From NCBI GenBank assembly GCA_030390025.1, contig CM059425.1:177694001-177758000 (forward strand): 64,000 bases of DNA, given 5' to 3'. The position numbers and the translations under genes are program-made. Below are positions 59,901 through 64,000 of the stretch, one piece after another. Under the pieces are notes generated by a model. The model was not told the DNA's origin and made no database searches. It saw only the letters and a list, made by a program, of their open reading frames with translations. The number at the start of each line of letters is the position of its first letter. Position 1 is the stretch's first letter. Source of the stretch: Squalus acanthias. Taxonomy: Eukaryota.

Positions 59901-62300
59901 TTAATTCTGTCTCATTACACAGTACCAGATCCAAGATAGCCTGCTCCCTGGTTGGTTCCATTACATACTGTTCTAGAAAAACATCCCGGATACACTCTGT
60001 GAACTTCTCCTCAAGGCTACCATGGCCAATTTGATTTGTCCAATCAATATGGAGATTAAAATCACCCATGATTATTACCGTACCTTTTTTACAGGCCTCC
60101 ATTATTTGTTGATTTATACTCTGTCCAACAGTATTGCTACTGTTCGGGGGCCTGTAGACTACACCCACCAGAGACTTTTTCCCCTTATTATTTTTATCTC
60201 CACCCAAACCGATTCTACATCTTGATCTTCTGAACCAATATCACTTCTCACCACTGCACTGATCCCATCCTTTACCAACAAAGCCACCCCACCTCCCTTT
60301 CCTTTCTGTCTATCCTTCCAAATTGTCAAATACCCTGGAATATTCAGTTCCCAGCTCTGGTCACCTTGCAACCACGTCTCTGTAATGGCAATCAGATCAT
60401 ACCCATTTGTATCTATTTGTGCTGTCAACTCATCTATCTTGTTACAAATGCTGCATGCATTCAGATATAGAGCTTTTAACTTTGTCTTTTTACCATTTCT
60501 CCTTGTTTTGGCCTCATTTTCTGTTGCACTCTTATTTTTAAACATTCTGTCCCTCCCTGTCGCACTCTGGTTATTATTTCCCCCATCTCTATCCTGCTCT
60601 ATTGTTTTCTCATTTCTCATTGACTTTTTAAATTCCCGCTCACCTGGACCCTCCCCCCCACTATTTAGTTTAAAGCCCTCTCTACAGCCCTAGTTATTCG
60701 ATTCGCCAGGACTCTAGTCCCAGCCTAGTTCAAGTGAAGCCCGTCCAAATGGAACAGCTCCCTCTTATCCCAGTACAGGTGTCAGTGCCCCACAAATCGA
60801 AACCCATTTCACCCACACCAGTCTTTGAGCCACTCGTTCATTTCTCTGATCTTATTTACCCTATGCAAATTCACTCATGGCTCAGGTAGTAATCCAGAGA
60901 TTATTACCTTTGTGGTTCTGCTTTTTAATTTAGCCCCTAGCTGCTCATACTCCCTCAGCAGAACCTCTTTCTTTGTCCTACCTATGTCATTGGTACCTAC
61001 GTGGACCATGACAACTGGATCTTCCCCCTCCCACTCCAAGTTCCTCTGCAGCCCAGAGAAGATGTCCTTAACCTTGGCACCGGGCAGGCAACACAGCCTT
61101 CGGGACTCTCGCTCTCGGCTGCTATATTGTCTTCTATCACTACAACATTTCTTTTTACTACCCCCACTTGAATGGCTCCCTGTACCACGGTGCTGTGGTC
61201 AGATTGCTCATCCTCCCTGCAGTCCCTGCCCTCGTCCACACAGGGAGCAAGAATCTCGTACCTGTTAGACAAGGCCAAAGGCTGAGGCTCCTCCATCACT
61301 ACCTCCTGGATCCCAATACCTGCCTCGCTTGTAGTCACACCCTCCTGCCCCTGACCATGGGCCAAATTGGAAGTAATTACTCTAGTGGGCGTGACTGCCT
61401 CCTGGAACTTAGTGTCCAAGTAATGCTCCCCCTCCCTAATGTGTCACAGTGTCCTAGGCTTGGACTCCAGCTCATCAACTCTGAGCCGAAGTTCCTCGAG
61501 CAACCAACATTTGCTGCAGATATGGTTGACGTGGACCTCAATGGTTTCCACCAGCTCCCACATGCAACAACAACAACACATTGCCTCATCTCCCATCTCA
61601 ATTAATTAATTAATTAATTAGTTTTTAAAATTTGGAACACGTATATCTTTTAATCTACACCAAGGCACTTCAATTTAGATGCCCAAGTTTGGAAAAAAGC
61701 GAGAAATAGAGAAATACTCACCAACCAATCACTTTCTGGTGACGTCACCCTTCAATTACTTTTTACTTCTTTACACTCACCGGTCCGCGCAGCCTGGTCT
61801 CCCGCTGATACCGCCTCCAATTAGGTCCAACAACACTCAAGAAGCTCGACACCATCCAGGACTAAGCAGCCCACTTGATTGGCACCCCATCTACCACCTT
61901 AAACATTCACTCCCTCCACCACCGGTGTACTGTGGCTGCAGTGTGTACCATCTACAAGATGCACTGCAGCAACTCGTCAAGGCTTCTTCGGCAGCACCTC
62001 CCAAACCCGCAACCTCTTCCACCTAGAAGGACAAGGGCAGCAGGTGCATGGGAACACCACCACCTCCAAGTTCCCCTCCAAGTCACACACCATCCTGACT
62101 TAGAGGTATATCGCCGATCCTTCATTGTCACTGGGTCAAAATCCTACCTAACAGCACTGTTGGAGTACCTGCACCACACAGACTGCAGCGGTTCAAGAAG
62201 GTGGCTCACCCCCACTTTATCAAGGGCAGTTAGGGATGGGCAAAAAATGCTGTCCTTGCCAGCGACGCCCACATCCCATAAACAAATTTAAAAAAAAATT
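56966..62300 (+). mobile_element. LINE family 2 3' half, split by a full-length CR1
   Basis: 56966-57582 ends at ...PLAWMSA. It resumes at about 61825 with PTTLKKLDTIQD and runs to the 3' stem and A-tail near 62295. Confidence 0.9.
57583..61820 (-). mobile_element. Full-length CR1 LINE (5'UTR, ORF1, ORF2, tail), decayed
   Basis: ORF1 remnants (Cys-rich finger/zipper; SGNH-like CLPGAKVKDI and VHVGTND) at about 60665-61600. ORF2 APE-RT pieces at 60159-60620, 59461-60207, 58608-59471 and 57722-58516. (TTCTTATG)n tail at about 57583-57605. Confidence 0.95.
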
Positions 62301-63124
62301 CTATTACAACTGAGTGACTTGCTATTCAATATTTTTCTTATTACAGTATTGTGCTTTGTAGGAACTGTTTTACAACTGGGTGACTTGTTAGGTCATTTCA
62401 GAGGGCATTAGAAGTCAAACCCATAGTGTGAGACTGGAGTCCCCAGTAAACCAGATTACATAGGTTCCCTTCCCTGAAGGACATTAGTAATCAGTTCGGG
62501 TTCTCCTACTATTATTTATATAATGGTCAATTTTTTTCTGTGGTCCCCAGCCCACAACCTACTGAATTCAATTGTTACAAATTGCTATGGTGGGTTTTGA
62601 AGTCACAACCTCTGGGTTGCTACCATAACCACTACACTACTATACCTTTCCATTAGGGCCATTTTTAAGTCATAAGCTTTTTGGGAGCTGTGTTAGCTCT
62701 TTTGATGCTACTGGTCAGCTTTTGCTAGTTTTCTAGATTGGCAAGTATGGTGCTATCCTACTACTGCACGGTATCCATTTTTTCCTTTGTGAAGTGCTTT
62801 GGAACATTACCACATTAAAGGCAGTATATAATTAAGTTCTTCTTGTTATAAATATTAAATGTACGCAGTTGAAACTACTCAATAGAGACATCTGTAGCAA
62901 ACAAACATTTCAATTATGTGATTGTCTAGCATCCTTTTATAAATGTATGACAAATGGAATTATAAAACAGGAGCTCAGATATTATAGCTCTGTTAACCTA
63001 ATTGTTAAACACATGTGACATGGAAAATTACAACTAAAGGTAGGTTCCCTCCTCTACTACTAAATTTTGGCATATTATATTAAGTGTTTTATTGCACTTT
63101 ATCATACTTGTATATAAGAAATAA

Positions 63125-63819
63125 AGTAAGAACATAAGAACATTAGAATTAGGAACAAGAGTAGGTCATACACCCCCTCAAGCCTGCTCCGCCATTCAAT
63201 AAGATCCTGGCTGATCTTAGACCTCAATTCCACTTTCCACTTGATCTCCATATCCCTTGATTCCCTTAGAGTCCAAAATCTATCCATCTCAGCCTTGAAT
63301 ATACTCAACGATTGAGCATCCACAGCCCTTTGTGGTAGAGAATTACAACAATTTGCAACCTTCTGAGTGAAGAAATTTCACCTCATCTCAGTTTAAATGG
63401 CCGACCCCTTATCCTGAGACTATGCCCCCTCGTTGTAGACTCTCCAGCCAGGAGAAACAACCTCTCAGCATCTACCCTGTCAATCCCCCTCTGAATCCTG
63501 TATGTTTCAATGAGATCACCTCTCATTCTTGTAAACTCCAGAGAGTACAGGCCCAATCTACTCAATCTTTCCTCACAGGATAATCCTCTCATCCCAGGAA
63601 TCAATCTAGTGAACCTTCGTTCCACTGCCTCTAAGGCAAGTATATCCTTCCTCAGATAAGGGAACCAAAACTGTGCACAGTATTCCAGGTGTGGTCTCAC
63701 TAAAGCCCTATACAATTGTAGCAAGACTTCCTTACTCTTGTACATCAAACCCCTTGCAATAAAGGCCAACATGCCATTTGCCTTCCTAATTGCTTCCTGT
63801 ACCTGCATGTTAACACTCT
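63125..63819 (-). mobile_element. CR1 LINE 3' fragment
   Basis: ORF 63383-63850 (KANGMLAFIARG...RMRGDLIE) with 3'UTR and tail. Confidence 0.92.
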
Positions 63820-64000
63820 GGTCGGAATTTTTACTTTGAAGAGAGTGCAAGTTTGCGAGTTGGTGAGCAGTTAAAAGTGCTGAAATTGACCGCGTCGGGA
63901 AGCCGGCTTCAACCCGCCGCTTCCGCCTTTAACTCGGGCGCGTTAGGCAATGCGCCAGAGACCCGCTCGGGAGAGGCGGATAAGCTAATTAAATTAGTTG
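63820..64000. mobile_element. Start of a GC-rich Harbinger-like MITE inserted in the CR1 (runs off the window)
   Basis: Abrupt break of CR1 homology at GGTCGGAATTTT, then CpG-rich sequence with AACCCGCC/GAGGCGG motifs. Confidence 0.55.

Overview
Eukaryotic (vertebrate) genomic DNA, almost certainly from a cartilaginous fish such as a shark (inferred from an HE1-type V-SINE, Deu-domain SINEs and dense CR1 LINEs). I can support no host protein-coding exon. The window is mostly nested transposable elements: CR1 LINEs (one full-length, one with a nearly open ORF2), a second CR1/L2-group LINE family, L2 and RTE fragments, two decayed Ty3/Gypsy elements, two solo LTRs (0.9 and 1.7 kb), Penelope-like elements carrying minimal hammerhead ribozymes, PIF/Harbinger transposons with several MITEs, a hAT MITE, SINEs and two minisatellites. 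Most ORFs in the track are TE fragments or their antisense shadows. Four observations stand out. (1) A young 1.7-kb solo LTR holds a 4-unit repeat/spacer array and a branched stem structure at its 3' end. (2) Five of six Harbinger-type MITEs from different families are 741-764 bp long, and the set is enriched in perfect 5' splice-donor sites. (3) Penelope hammerhead ribozymes occur in several copies, including a ~590-bp palindrome with one ribozyme per arm and one ribozyme split by a MITE. (4) An 11-kb multi-layer nest of insertions lies inside a Gypsy pol gene. Boundaries were read by eye and family names come from motif recognition, not database searches.
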